From: an uncultured Methanobrevibacter sp.
GTDB taxonomy: Archaea; Methanobacteriota; Methanobacteria; Methanobacteriales; Methanobacteriaceae
NCBI GenBank assembly: GCA_902764015.1
Contig: CACWUH010000001.1
Coordinates: 9,883-73,882, forward strand
DNA length: 64,000 nucleotides
Direction: 5' to 3'
Below the pieces are notes generated by a model. It was not told where the DNA came from. It did not search any database and saw nothing but the letters and a program-made list of their open reading frames with translations. Both the position numbers and the translations under genes were made by a program. Positions 19,806 through 31,035 of the stretch are shown piece by piece; position 1 is the stretch's first letter, and each line of letters opens with the position of its first letter.

Positions 19806-20879
19806 CTAATCAGCCTCCTCCTTAATATCTTTCAACGGCTTGAATACCGGACAGACGGAATATTTTGTTCCTCCGGACTTGACGACCTCATCGATGTCTC
19901 TTGTCACCTTTGCATAAGGCTTCCAGGCCAGATCATCCTTCTTGTCGACAATGAGTGCATCGGTTACGATATCATTGGTTAATAGATAATCCAACAATGT
20001 CGTGACGATGGATCCGTCCTGTCCCTGGCTGTGCTTTATGGACTTGACTGACAATACTTTTACATAATCTCCAATTGGCTTTGAATTGTCGTTTCTAAGG
20101 TCTTCAGGTATGAAAGTCCTTGGACAGACTGCAAAGCATGCATGGCAATCCTGAGGGCATTCGCCTTTCATTATAGGTTTTGTATCATCAATCGTTATCA
20201 GGTTGTCAGGACATGCATATTCGCATGCTCCGCACAGAACGCATGCTCCAACGTCGATGATGTTGGACTTCAAATCCAGGAAATTGGACTGTGAGATTTC
20301 ATCGGCGATTGAATCGTCTGATTTTTCCCTTTGATATAAAACAGGCCTTGCCAAAAACTCTTTTTTCTCTATATGTTCCAGATTTTTGTTAATCTTGTTT
20401 CCTGCAAGCTTGTTCAGCAGATTGAATTGGGGTTCTGAAAACTCCTTGGTTTCAATGTATTTCTGCTCTATTGCCCCTTCAACTATTTCCATGCCCTTTC
20501 GGCTTCTGATGATTACCGTTGACCAACCGTCCTCTGACCCGATTGAGCCTATTGAAATGTCGGATGTTTCTGATGTCAGTTCAACGCATATGTTGCAGTT
20601 CTTTCTGATTATCCTCTTAGCAACTGACAGAGGTATCTTCACTGTTTCTTTGGTCTTCAACAATAAAAATACAAATCCCTTATCGATTTGGAATTTTTCA
20701 ATGTCGTCCATTTTCAGGTCATACTCTTTCAGGAGATTTCCAAAGTATTTATATGAAAAATTCTCCATACAGAACAAGCCCAGCTTAACATCAATAGGGC
20801 TATCTGTATAATGCTGCATTTTAGATGCTGCCATAATTTCACATGGTGTTCCAACCATAGCTATTCTATGTTCGCTCAT
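19806..20879 (-). CDS. FrhB/FdhB-family F420-binding subunit with ferredoxin (permuted domain order)
   Basis: VGTPC, GLFCMENF, DISIGSIGS..GW; CVLCGACEYACP; QDGSIVTTLL, GTKY. Confidence 0.85.
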   Translation of the reverse strand: MSEHRIAMVGTPCEIMAASKMQHYTDSPIDVKLGLFCMENFSYKYFGNLLKEYDLKMDDIEKFQIDKGFVFLLLKTKETVKIPLSVAKRIIRKNCNICVELTSETSDISIGSIGSEDGWSTVIIRSRKGMEIVEGAIEQKYIETKEFSEPQFNLLNKLAGNKINKNLEHIEKKEFLARPVLYQREKSDDSIADEISQSNFLDLKSNIIDVGACVLCGACEYACPDNLITIDDTKPIMKGECPQDCHACFAVCPRTFIPEDLRNDNSKPIGDYVKVLSVKSIKHSQGQDGSIVTTLLDYLLTNDIVTDALIVDKKDDLAWKPYAKVTRDIDEVVKSGGTKYSVCPVFKPLKDIKEEAD

Positions 20880-20890
20880 TTTCTTAGCTC

Positions 20891-21544
20891 CTATTGTATA
20901 TTAACGATTTTTTTAAAGTTTGTATAATCTTCATCGCTTAATTCAAAACCGTATTCGGTCAAAGTCTCTTTTAGCTCTTTTTGGTCTTCCGGCGTGGCCA
21001 TTTCCATAAGGGCATTTTTTCCCAAACTTTTAACGTCTCCAAGAACGTAGATACTTCCCCTCATGATTGATTCGCCGACATCGTCAGTCACGTCGCCGAG
21101 TATTATGAGCCTTCCGCCCATCATGAGAAGTCCGGTCATGAATCCGCTGTTTCCGCCTATTATGACGGTTCCGCCTTTCATGATTTCACCTGTTCTTGAA
21201 CCGGTGTTTCCTTTAACTATTACGGTTCCGCCGTAGATTCCCTGTCCTGCACCGTCTCCGGCAGTGCCTTCAATTACCAGTTCGCCTTCGGTCATGTTGT
21301 CTCCGGCAAACCATCCAGCGTTTCCGTTGATGTGTATTCTTGGTCCGTTGACCATCGTTCCAACAAAATAGCCTGCGGATCCGTTGATTTGTATTTCCAC
21401 ATCTTCGCATAATCCTGCACAGATGTTGTGCCTTGATTCTGGATTGTCGATTATGAGCCTGTCATAGGAGGGTGCATGTTCCTTTATGGTGCGGTTCAGC
21501 TCCTTTTCATCCATATTATTTGCATCGATAACATATTCCTTCAT
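20891..21544 (-). CDS. Glutamate synthase GXGXG (domain 3) subunit
   Basis: Repeated GxxGxxxGxxM beta-helix motifs; GOGAT context. Confidence 0.88.
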   Translation of the reverse strand: MKEYVIDANNMDEKELNRTIKEHAPSYDRLIIDNPESRHNICAGLCEDVEIQINGSAGYFVGTMVNGPRIHINGNAGWFAGDNMTEGELVIEGTAGDGAGQGIYGGTVIVKGNTGSRTGEIMKGGTVIIGGNSGFMTGLLMMGGRLIILGDVTDDVGESIMRGSIYVLGDVKSLGKNALMEMATPEDQKELKETLTEYGFELSDEDYTNFKKIVNIQ

Positions 21545-21557
21545 GGATAAAACCCCC

Positions 21558-22475
21558 TTAGATGGTGTAGGCTCTTGTCTCTCCCGGAGCAATCTGTTCT
21601 ATCTGGTCGGAGTCGACGACGTCGTGTAGTGCCATTTCCTCTGAAGCAATCGCAAAGATTTCATCGGTTTCCACCATCACTCCAGGCCTGAGTCCGAGCT
21701 TGTCCTTTGCAATGCCTATTCCGTTTGGCGTTCCCACCAATATTGAAAACGGACCATCCAAATCAATCACTGCCTGGTCAAGAGCTTCCTCCAGCTTATA
21801 GCCCTGGTCAAGCTTGTCTGCCATATAGTGAACGATGCATTCGGTATCGTTGAATGACTCGAAGGTGTGGCCTTTTCTTTCCAAAGGATCCCTTATCTTC
21901 CAGTAATTGGTGATCTGTCCGTTGTGCACTACGGTGATGTCTGGTATGATGTAGCTTTGATATGGGTGTGCATGATAGCGGTCCACGCCACTTTCAGTTG
22001 CAAAACGAGTGTGTCCTATTCCATGCGTTCCCATCCTGCTTTGGACATCGAACCTTTCGGCAATGTCTTTTACCTTTCCGGTGTCCTTTATCATCTCAAA
22101 GGAATGGGAACCGTTGATGACCCTCACGTTTTCAAGATCATCTATTTCGCTTATGCATGGCTTTAAAAGGGAATATTCCTCCAATGCTATTTTGCATTTG
22201 TATACGTCTGAGTCGCCTACTGACTCGATTAGTTTCTCTTCATATATTGGACTTATCTGATTTAACAGTGATTTCAAATTGTCTAATGCGCCTCTTTTTC
22301 TTTTTACTTCGATGTTTAATTGATAATAATTTTCAGGAAAATCTAAGCTGCCGTAGATTGCATAGCCTGCTGAATCTGGGCCTCTGTGTTGCAGGGATTC
22401 AAGCATTGATGTCAATGCCTCTCCTACAGGGTGAGTTTTTTTGTCTTTGTATATTACACCTGCTATTCCACACAT
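21558..22475 (-). CDS. Glutamate synthase class II glutamine amidotransferase subunit
   Basis: MCGIAG, QHRGPDSAG, GHTRFATE, HNGQI, D..GLRP motifs; GGAGGT SD. Confidence 0.9.
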   Translation of the reverse strand: MCGIAGVIYKDKKTHPVGEALTSMLESLQHRGPDSAGYAIYGSLDFPENYYQLNIEVKRKRGALDNLKSLLNQISPIYEEKLIESVGDSDVYKCKIALEEYSLLKPCISEIDDLENVRVINGSHSFEMIKDTGKVKDIAERFDVQSRMGTHGIGHTRFATESGVDRYHAHPYQSYIIPDITVVHNGQITNYWKIRDPLERKGHTFESFNDTECIVHYMADKLDQGYKLEEALDQAVIDLDGPFSILVGTPNGIGIAKDKLGLRPGVMVETDEIFAIASEEMALHDVVDSDQIEQIAPGETRAYTI

Positions 22476-22835
22476 TTTTATACCTCCAAATAAAATAATA
22501 GGTGAATACGCGTGCCTCAAGTCATAAGCAATTTCCCGTCATGACTTAAGTGTCATATTTTAAATAATGATAAGTTTAGTCTTAATTCACCATATGCCTA
22601 ATAAATCCACTAAAATTACCATAACTTAAAATAATCGTGATTTTTCATATGCCTAACAAATATTAATCTTCTAAAATTACCATATGCCTTAAAAAAATAA
22701 TTCTAAAATCTTAAAAACTTTTTTAACCGTGATGTGATTTCATTCTTGGTTTCAACCTCCAAAAATTTAAGATGATTGGCAGCCGCTTTAAGACGAAACT
22801 TAAAATCTGCCGCCAATGATTAAATAAAGAAATAA

Positions 22836-24173
22836 TTATACGTTTAAGTATTCATCCCTTTCATAATCGAATACCTGTACTCTGTAAGCATCCCATTCGG
22901 CTCTTTTGATGTTGTAGAATTGGTTGAATACCTTTTCTCCAAGAGCGTTTTTGACCACTTCGTCTTCTTCCAATGCATGGTATGCTTCCCATAGGCTTGT
23001 TGGCAGATTGCCGATTCCCCTTTCAGCGATTTCCTCTTCAGAAAGTGCGAAGAGGTTTTCTTCAGTAGGTTCGCCAGGGTCCATCTTGTTGTCCATACCG
23101 TCAAGGCCTGCTTCAAGCAATGCTGCAAATGCAAGGTATGGGTTACATGATGGGTCAGCTGACCTGCACTCGATTCTTGTACCTAATCCACGGGATGCAG
23201 GAATCCTTAACAGTGTTGACCTGTTTTTAAATCCGTATGCTATGTAGCATGGTGCTTCATAACCTGGCACCAGACGTTTATAGGAGTTTACGGTCGGGGA
23301 CAAGATTGCTGATAATGCCTGTGCATGCTTTAACAGTCCTCCGATGAAGTACAATGCTTCCTGTGAGATTTGGGTTTCGGTATCCGGATCATAGAAAATA
23401 TTCTTTCCGTCTTTGAATAGACTCTGATTACAGTGCATTCCGCTACCATTGATACCCAAGAATGGTTTTGGCATGAATGTTGCCTTGAATCCTAGATTAT
23501 TGACCACTGCCTTGATAGCTTCCTTAAATGTTATAACAGCGTCAGCTGTTTTTAAAGCGTCTGCATATTTGAAGTCGACCTCATGCTGTCCTGCTGCCAC
23601 TTCGTGGTGGCTCACTTCAACATTGAAATCCAGTTTCTCTAATCCCAATACGATTTCCCTTCTGATGTCGGTACCCTGGTCTAACGGTTCCACATCAAAG
23701 TATTCGGCTTCATCTGCAGGCACATAATTACCGTTTTCATCTTTTTTAATGATGAAGAATTCAGGTTCAGGACCCATGTTGAACTGGTATCCTCTTTTTT
23801 CTGCTAACTGTAATGATTTTTTAAGTATTCCTCTTGGGTCTCCGTCGTATGGTTTTCCTTCAGTAGTGAAAATATCACATATGAATCTGCTGCTTCCTTT
23901 TGATTCAGGTCTCCATGGAATTGTTGAGAAAGTGTCGATGTCAGGTTTTGCAAGAAGGTCACTGTCGTTGATTGAAGCCAGACCTGCTATTGATGATCCG
24001 TCAAACAGTAATCCGTCATTCACAATGTCCTCAACATCGTCGGCCTTTTTAAGAGGTACGGCCATGCTTTTTGGCAATCCATGTATATCTGCGAATTCTA
24101 GTTTCAAAAATTTTATATCGTTTTCTTCGATTGTTTTTATAATTTGGTCTAATTTCTTATCTTTTGATGACAT
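22836..24173 (-). CDS. glnA: Glutamine synthetase type I
   Basis: [48 protein letters not shown] motifs. Confidence 0.97.
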   Translation of the reverse strand: MSSKDKKLDQIIKTIEENDIKFLKLEFADIHGLPKSMAVPLKKADDVEDIVNDGLLFDGSSIAGLASINDSDLLAKPDIDTFSTIPWRPESKGSSRFICDIFTTEGKPYDGDPRGILKKSLQLAEKRGYQFNMGPEPEFFIIKKDENGNYVPADEAEYFDVEPLDQGTDIRREIVLGLEKLDFNVEVSHHEVAAGQHEVDFKYADALKTADAVITFKEAIKAVVNNLGFKATFMPKPFLGINGSGMHCNQSLFKDGKNIFYDPDTETQISQEALYFIGGLLKHAQALSAILSPTVNSYKRLVPGYEAPCYIAYGFKNRSTLLRIPASRGLGTRIECRSADPSCNPYLAFAALLEAGLDGMDNKMDPGEPTEENLFALSEEEIAERGIGNLPTSLWEAYHALEEDEVVKNALGEKVFNQFYNIKRAEWDAYRVQVFDYERDEYLNV

Positions 24174-24278
24174 TTTTCACACCATTTTTGAGTTTATTTT
24201 TCATTTAGTTGAATAATCTGAAAATTGAAAAACCATTTTGACTAAATGAATTTAATCAAATGTAGTCGGAAATACATT

Positions 24279-24302
24279 GTCGGAAGGAATATTCCTTCCG
24301 AC
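24279..24302. promoter_or_regulatory. NrpR-type nitrogen operator at the glnA promoter
   Basis: Perfect palindrome GTCGGAAGGAATATTCCTTCCGAC containing two overlapping GGAA-N6-TTCC sites, ~20-45 bp downstream of a minus-strand TATA box (24322-24330). Confidence 0.85.
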
Positions 24303-24569
24303 TAATAATTTATCATTATTAATATATAAATATTTTGATTAAAACAAAAAATACAAACTGAAATTAGGCAATTGTTTTGCTGATTTTCAAATGTAATCAT
24401 CAATATTTACTGAAAAAGTCATTGAATAATCTAAAAAGTTCATTCAAAAGATTCAGATACGGTAAAACAAAAAAAACAAGGATATTTTAAAATGAATAAT
24501 GTAAAAAATATTTATTAAAAATGTGGCCGGCCGACTGCTTTGCCAGATTTGAAATGCCATCCCGAGAAT

Positions 24570-26270
24570 CTAAAGGTCAAAGTTCAGAAACGCACCTTGG
24601 CTTTCGCGCGGAATTTGCTTTATGGATGTCGTGTTCTTGTCAAGGAACACTATTTCAACCGTATGGTTTTCATAATCGAATGTGACATTGGTATTCTTTT
24701 TGAAGTTGAATGAAGTGGCAAATTCATCATTCACGTTGATGTCATATGTTGCGTTCTTCTTGAATATTCCCGATGAATATGCCAGAGAGGAATTGTCCAA
24801 AAAGATTTCGTATGTGCATGAATGGGCATCCCTTGAAGAGACTATATATTGTTCGTGGACTGTGGCATTTTCGTTTTCATAGCTGTGGGTCATTACGGTT
24901 CCTCCAAACACCTGCTTCAGACGGCTGTTCTGGATAACGCTTCCATCTTCAAGATTCAAAAAGTTTTTAGCCTCCTTAGGCAACCTAAATACGTTAGGTT
25001 CGCCGTCCCTTGTTTCATTTATCATATAAACCTCATCGTCAATCTGAATCGTGTCGTTTGCCTTCACACCTAGCGTCATCATTGCATCGGCTGGCATGCG
25101 TATCTGATTCAACTCATCCTCAATGGCAAGGTCGACAGTGTAAGGACCCCTTGCAGAAATCGTGTTGTCCCTAGGAGAATCGTCGGCATAGATAATAAGG
25201 TTTCTTGAACTTGGCTCGATTGACAAAACGCCATTGTCGAAATGGGCTGCTCCAATGAATGTCGAAATCATCAAAAGAAGTATGACTATTGAAATGATAA
25301 GCGGAAAATGTATTTTGATAAAGGACTTAACAAGATTTCCCTTAGGCGTCTTTTTAAACATCACGATTGACTTGACAATCACCTTGACGATGTAGTAGAT
25401 TGCAATTATAAGCCCGATTACCCCAATCATTATGCCTACAGTCACAGGAACGGAACTTACAAAAAATATTGTAAACAGGCCCAAAATGACCAGGGACAAT
25501 CCAACAATTGACATACGAATGAAATGACCGATTTCATCAATCATGATGACACGGCCATACTTGTTTGCACGGCTCATGATTGTCCTTACAACCTCATTGG
25601 CCATTAGATTCAAATCTTCCAATGTGGACATGTCATGCTCGATTGCGCCGATGTCGACTTCGGTTATTGAAATTCCCAAAACGTCGGCATCGATGACTAT
25701 TCCCACATCGACACCATAGTCCTTTTCAAAGTTAATGCGCTTCAATACGTCTTTTCGTGCCGCAAACTGACCGCTCAACGGCTGTTCAAAAGTGATTTCC
25801 GGGAAGAAAAAGTTCAAAAGCGGCTTTGCTGTAAGCTCAGTTACACGTCCACGGGCACGTGCGAATTTGGTTTTGGTAATGTCAGTTTTTCCTTCCAAGA
25901 TAGGTATTATCATCGCCTCGACCTTCTTGGATGTCAGATTATGAATGTCGGCATCGATGAAAGCTATGATGTCACATTCAGCCTCCCTGTAGCCTGTAAA
26001 CAACGCTTCACCCTTACCCTTGTTGGTCTTATGGGTGATTACGCGGGCGCCTGCCTTGGCCGCTTCGGCCTCGGTATTGTCGGATGACCCGTCGTTGACA
26101 ACGATTATTTCATCGACAAATGCTGCCTGTTTAACTACTTCAACAACGGTAGCTACGGTATCCTCCTCGTTGTAGGCGGGAATAATCACTGAAACCTTCT
26201 GGTATTTTTTGGGCTTTTGGGTTTTTATGCCCGCCAGCAAAAATGCAACAATTACTAAAAACCAATACAC
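24570..26270 (-). CDS. Membrane-anchored GT2 glycosyltransferase (GpgS-like catalytic domain) with TM helices and C-terminal extracellular domain
   Basis: IPAYNEE, DGSSD, GKGEA, FIDAD, GRVTEL, QPLSGQFA, YGVD motifs. Confidence 0.85.
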   Translation of the reverse strand: MYWFLVIVAFLLAGIKTQKPKKYQKVSVIIPAYNEEDTVATVVEVVKQAAFVDEIIVVNDGSSDNTEAEAAKAGARVITHKTNKGKGEALFTGYREAECDIIAFIDADIHNLTSKKVEAMIIPILEGKTDITKTKFARARGRVTELTAKPLLNFFFPEITFEQPLSGQFAARKDVLKRINFEKDYGVDVGIVIDADVLGISITEVDIGAIEHDMSTLEDLNLMANEVVRTIMSRANKYGRVIMIDEIGHFIRMSIVGLSLVILGLFTIFFVSSVPVTVGIMIGVIGLIIAIYYIVKVIVKSIVMFKKTPKGNLVKSFIKIHFPLIISIVILLLMISTFIGAAHFDNGVLSIEPSSRNLIIYADDSPRDNTISARGPYTVDLAIEDELNQIRMPADAMMTLGVKANDTIQIDDEVYMINETRDGEPNVFRLPKEAKNFLNLEDGSVIQNSRLKQVFGGTVMTHSYENENATVHEQYIVSSRDAHSCTYEIFLDNSSLAYSSGIFKKNATYDINVNDEFATSFNFKKNTNVTFDYENHTVEIVFLDKNTTSIKQIPRESQGAFLNFDL

Positions 26271-26416
26271 TATGAATTCACCATTTCTAATTTCTACATT
26301 TATAATTTTATAATTTAAATAGTTATAAATGTTATTATTAATTCAAACAAAAAATTATTAATCAATAAGCAATAATAATGAATTAAAAAGAAATATTGAC
26401 TTTTAGGTAGAAATTC

Positions 26417-28564
26417 ATGATTGCAAAAACACTTGAAAAAGAATTGGATTTGGAAAACTGGCAGGTAAGAAAGGTAATCAGTCTGATAGATGATGGAAAC
26501 ACAATACCATTCATTGCAAGATACAGAAAAGATGTCACCGGCTCTCTTAACGATGAGACATTGAGGAAATTTGACGAAAGGCTCAAATACCTAAGAAATC
26601 TAGAGGACAAAAAGGAAAAGGTTATAAAAAGGGTTGAAGAGCTTGGAAAGCTTGACGATGATTTAAAAAAACAGATCTTAAAGGCCGAAACCTTAGTTGA
26701 GCTTGAAGACATCTACAGACCATTCAAAAGCAGAAAGCAGACCCGCGCCACCAAGGCACGCGACAAGGGTCTGGAGCCGCTGGCCAATATTATCTTAAAG
26801 CAGGAAGTTAACGAGAGCATTAAAAAAATAGCCAAAAAGTATGTTACAGATGAAGTCAAGACTCCCGAAGAGGCCATCGAAGGCGCTCAGGACATAATAG
26901 CCGAAATCGTTTCGGACAATTCCTCCTTCAGAAAAAGGATAAGGGAAAAGACCTTCCACATAGGCCTAATCGAAACCAAGGCAAAAGACAAGGACATTTC
27001 AACGGAATATGACCTCTACTACAACTATTCGGAAAAAGTCAAAAGGATACCTCCCCACAGGATTCTGGCAATCAACCGGGCCGAAAAGGAGGGTGTCATC
27101 AGGGCTAAAATCACCTGCGACAGCGATGAAATCATAAGATATCTGAACAGGAAAATGCTCAAGAACATCTCAAATATTCCAAAAAAAGTCAAATACAATA
27201 AATACACGGCTCCAATCATAAAGGAAGCTATTGAAGATGCATATAAGCGATTGATTTCACCGGCAATAGAGCGTGAAATCCGGAACTCCTTAACAGAAAA
27301 GGCAGAGGAAAAGTCGATTGAAGTCTTTGCCAAGAACCTGAATCAGCTTCTTATGGAAAGTCCCCTGGTCGGCAAAACCATTTTGGGATGGGATCCCGCT
27401 TTCAGAACAGGCTGCAAACTGGCCGTCATCGATGAGACGGGCAAAGTTCTGGATACCGCTTTGATTTATCCGACCGCTCCGCAGAATAAGGTCAAAGAAT
27501 CCATCAAAACTGTCAGGGAACTGATTGATGAATATGACATTGACGTCATAGCTATCGGAAACGGCACCGCCTCAAGGGAATCCGAAGAGATTGTGGCCCA
27601 AATCATCAAAAACACAAATGCCGAATACATCATAGTCAATGAAGCCGGCGCATCAGTCTATTCAGCCTCAAAATTGGCTGATGAAGAGTTTCCGGAATTT
27701 TCAGAAGGGGAAAGGAGTGCCGTTTCCATTGCAAGAAGGCTGCAGGATCCACTGGCGGAACTCGTTAAAATCGACCCGAAATCAATCGGTGTCGGACAGT
27801 ACCAGCATGACATGAACCAGAAGCAGCTGAACGAATCATTGACGGGCGTTGTCGAAAAGACTGTCAACGAAGTGGGAGTGGACCTAAACACCGCATCAGT
27901 CAGCCTGCTCAATTACGTTTCGGGAATCGGGAACACAACCGCCAAAAACATCATCCAGTATCGTGAGGAAAACGGCAGCTTTGAAAACAGAAAGGAGCTT
28001 TTGAAGGTAAATAAACTCGGAAAAAAGACCTTCGAGCAGTGTGCCGGATTTGTAAAAATCGACAATCCCGAATATCCCCTTGACAACACCACAATACATC
28101 CCGAGTCATATGATGCGGCCTATAAGCTATTGGACAAGCTTGACTGCTCCGTCAATGATATCGGAACATCAAGACTAAAACTGAATAACATTGACATTGA
28201 AGAAATCTCCAAAGAGTTGGATATAGGCCAGGAAACCTTAAAAGACATTATCAATGAGCTTAAAAAGCCTGGACGTGACCCTCGTGAGGATATGCCCAAA
28301 CCAATGTTAAGGAAAAATGTCCTGTCAATCGATGATTTGGAAAGGGACATGGTAATGCAGGGAACTGTCAGAAACATTGTCGACTTTGGCGCATTTGTTG
28401 ACATCGGCGTTCATCAGGACGGGCTGGTCCATATCTCACAGCTGGTAGCGGACAAATTTGTAAAGCATCCGCTTGACATTGTCAGCGTCGGCGACATCGT
28501 TGATGTCAAGGTTCTGGATGTCGATGCAAAAAGAAAGAGGATTAACCTTTCAATGATTTTATGA
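26417..28564 (+). CDS. Tex family RNA-binding protein
   Basis: GNTIPFIARYRK, DPAFRTGCK, EAGASVYSAS, IGVGQYQHD, C-terminal S1 domain. Confidence 0.95.
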   Translation: MIAKTLEKELDLENWQVRKVISLIDDGNTIPFIARYRKDVTGSLNDETLRKFDERLKYLRNLEDKKEKVIKRVEELGKLDDDLKKQILKAETLVELEDIYRPFKSRKQTRATKARDKGLEPLANIILKQEVNESIKKIAKKYVTDEVKTPEEAIEGAQDIIAEIVSDNSSFRKRIREKTFHIGLIETKAKDKDISTEYDLYYNYSEKVKRIPPHRILAINRAEKEGVIRAKITCDSDEIIRYLNRKMLKNISNIPKKVKYNKYTAPIIKEAIEDAYKRLISPAIEREIRNSLTEKAEEKSIEVFAKNLNQLLMESPLVGKTILGWDPAFRTGCKLAVIDETGKVLDTALIYPTAPQNKVKESIKTVRELIDEYDIDVIAIGNGTASRESEEIVAQIIKNTNAEYIIVNEAGASVYSASKLADEEFPEFSEGERSAVSIARRLQDPLAELVKIDPKSIGVGQYQHDMNQKQLNESLTGVVEKTVNEVGVDLNTASVSLLNYVSGIGNTTAKNIIQYREENGSFENRKELLKVNKLGKKTFEQCAGFVKIDNPEYPLDNTTIHPESYDAAYKLLDKLDCSVNDIGTSRLKLNNIDIEEISKELDIGQETLKDIINELKKPGRDPREDMPKPMLRKNVLSIDDLERDMVMQGTVRNIVDFGAFVDIGVHQDGLVHISQLVADKFVKHPLDIVSVGDIVDVKVLDVDAKRKRINLSMIL

Positions 28565-28748
28565 AACTAACATTTGGGTGATTTCAATTTCCTCATCCAA
28601 ATGATTTCGATAGCATTTCCATTTTCTAAAACAACATGCATCTTCATGTCATTTGTATTGTCAACCCAAAGCAATATTGCAAAATCTTAATAATACTAAC
28701 AACTAAAATATTGTATATTTGATATTTATTTTCAGAAGGGATTTTTAA

Positions 28749-29771
28749 ATGACACCAAAGATAATGATTATTCTTGGAAGCGGATCCGACATTGCCATTG
28801 CAAACAAGGCAATGGACATGTTGGATAAATTGGAAATACCATACAGTCTAAAAATAGCATCAGCACACAGGACACCCAATCTCGTTCGTGAAATTGTAAC
28901 CCAGGGTACTGCTGCTGGAATAGAAGTGTTTATTGGAATTGCTGGCCTGGCCGCACACTTGCCGGGTTCGATTGCCGCATATACTTATAGACCTGTCATT
29001 GGGGTTCCGGTCGATGTCAAAACAGCTGGAATTGATGCGCTTGAGTCAATCGTCCAGATGCCCTATCCGTCCCCTATCGCTACAGTGGGAATCGACAGGG
29101 GAGACAATGCCGCAATACTTGCCGCCCAATTCATAGGCATCCATGATGAGGAAATCCATCAGAAGGTCATCAAATTAAGAAAGGATTATGCCCAAAAGGT
29201 GATAGACAGCAATGAAAATCTTGTACAACCAATCAACAGGCCGTTTCTTAAAAATGACTTCATAAGGGTCAAGGACATCGAAATAAACAAGGCGCAGTTT
29301 GACGAGGAAAACAGCGGCTGCAAGAACAGGGACGCTGAAGTTGCCATCATTGTCGGAAGGCAGGCCGATGTGCTGACCGCCAAAAAGATAACAAAGCTCC
29401 TTGACAGGCTTAATATCACATATGACATGAAGGTCGTCTGTCCAATCAGGTCAAACAAGAAATTCATAAATTACGTCAAGTCCATGAAGAATGCCAAAAT
29501 CTTTATTGGAGTAAGCTCAAACTGCTCACAGGTTACCGGAGGTCTTGTTGGCCTTACCGCAAGGCCGGTGATTGGCGTTCCATGTACAAATGAAAACGGT
29601 GATAATTATATGCTTACATGCGTCAGCATGCCTCCGGGCGTTCCCGTTGCAACGGTGGGAATAAACAACGGCAAGAATGCCGCAGTGCTGGCCGGCGAAA
29701 TATTTTCAATCAGAAATCCGGAAATGGTAGATATCCTCGAGAAGTTGAAGGACAAAAAGATAAGCTTTTAG
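28749..29771 (+). CDS. purE: N5-CAIR mutase, tandem-duplicated PurE domains
   Basis: [26 protein letters not shown] (twice), [10 protein letters not shown]. Confidence 0.9.
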   Translation: MTPKIMIILGSGSDIAIANKAMDMLDKLEIPYSLKIASAHRTPNLVREIVTQGTAAGIEVFIGIAGLAAHLPGSIAAYTYRPVIGVPVDVKTAGIDALESIVQMPYPSPIATVGIDRGDNAAILAAQFIGIHDEEIHQKVIKLRKDYAQKVIDSNENLVQPINRPFLKNDFIRVKDIEINKAQFDEENSGCKNRDAEVAIIVGRQADVLTAKKITKLLDRLNITYDMKVVCPIRSNKKFINYVKSMKNAKIFIGVSSNCSQVTGGLVGLTARPVIGVPCTNENGDNYMLTCVSMPPGVPVATVGINNGKNAAVLAGEIFSIRNPEMVDILEKLKDKKISF

Positions 29772-29778
29772 TGATAAC

Positions 29779-31035
29779 ATGAACCTTAAAGATGAAAACA
29801 TTATAGAAATTGCAGACGAGCTGTCAGCTGAATACGAAATATCAAAGGTCCTGAGGGAATATCCCAAGGACACTGTAATCGTCAAGAACGTCAAAGGATT
29901 TGACATGCCGGTCGTTACCGGAATCTGCAATACCCGTGACAAGATTGCAAAATCAATCAACTGTGAAGTTTCACAGATTACTGAGAAAATTATTGATGCA
30001 ATGGAAAACCCTGTTGAAGTTACAAAATTCACTGATTTTTCAGATTATGAGACTTCAGACATTGATTTGGGAAAGATTCCAATCCTAACCCATTACAAAA
30101 GGGATGGCGGAGCATACATCACCGCCGGTGTCGTCTTTGCACGTGACCCTGAAACCGGCGTCCAGAACGCCTCGATTCACAGGATGATGGTTCTTGACAA
30201 CGAAAGACTGGTCATCAGAATCGTACCGAGAAACCTCTACACCTACTTCCAGAATGCCCAAAAGGCAGGTGAAGACTTGGACATTGCAATAGCCATTGGA
30301 ATGGACCCTGCAATTTTGCTTGCAAGCACTACCTCAATACCTATAGACTACAATGAGATGGAAGTTGCAAACGCATTCAAGGACGGCGATTTGGAATTAA
30401 TCAAATGTGGTGATTTGGAAGTTCCACAAGCTGATATCATCCTGGAGGGCAAAATATCAGTGACTGAAACCGTTGCCGAAGGGCCGTTCGTGGATCTCAC
30501 CGACACCTATGACATCATCCGTGACCAGCCAATCATAAATCTGACTAAAATGCACATCAAAAAGGACAACCCATGCTACCATGCAATCGTTCCTGCCGGA
30601 TTTGAGCACAAATTATTGCAGGGATTGCCACAGGAGCCAAGGATATTCAAGGCAGTGAAAAATGCCGTTCCAACTGTTGAAAATGTTGTCCTGACTGAAG
30701 GAGGCTGCTGCTGGCTTCATGCTGTGGTTTCAATCAACAAGCAGACCGAAGGCGACGGGAAAAATGCCATCATGGCCGCATTGTCCGCTCACCCTTCACT
30801 CAAGCACTGCGTTGCGGTGGATACTGACGTGAACATATTCGATGCCGAAGATGTCGAATATGCAATATCAACACGTGTAAAAGGTGACCGTGACATAATG
30901 ATTGTTCCGAACGTTCGTGGCTCATCTTTGGACCCGGTTGCTGAAAGCGATGGTACAACCACTAAAGTCGGAGTGGATGCAACAAAGTCACTTAAAACAC
31001 TTGAAAAATTCGAAAGGGTTAGTTTCGGTGAATGA
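29779..31035 (+). CDS. UbiD-family decarboxylase (likely anhydromevalonate phosphate decarboxylase)
   Basis: DGGAYIT, NASIHR, EGPFVD, GSSLDP motifs; substrate inferred from the archaeal mevalonate pathway. Confidence 0.85.
   Translation: MNLKDENIIEIADELSAEYEISKVLREYPKDTVIVKNVKGFDMPVVTGICNTRDKIAKSINCEVSQITEKIIDAMENPVEVTKFTDFSDYETSDIDLGKIPILTHYKRDGGAYITAGVVFARDPETGVQNASIHRMMVLDNERLVIRIVPRNLYTYFQNAQKAGEDLDIAIAIGMDPAILLASTTSIPIDYNEMEVANAFKDGDLELIKCGDLEVPQADIILEGKISVTETVAEGPFVDLTDTYDIIRDQPIINLTKMHIKKDNPCYHAIVPAGFEHKLLQGLPQEPRIFKAVKNAVPTVENVVLTEGGCCWLHAVVSINKQTEGDGKNAIMAALSAHPSLKHCVAVDTDVNIFDAEDVEYAISTRVKGDRDIMIVPNVRGSSLDPVAESDGTTTKVGVDATKSLKTLEKFERVSFGE

Noticed and set aside
28749-29771. Duplicated PurE domain as a novelty
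   Set aside because: Tandem PurE fusions are already known in Methanobacteriales
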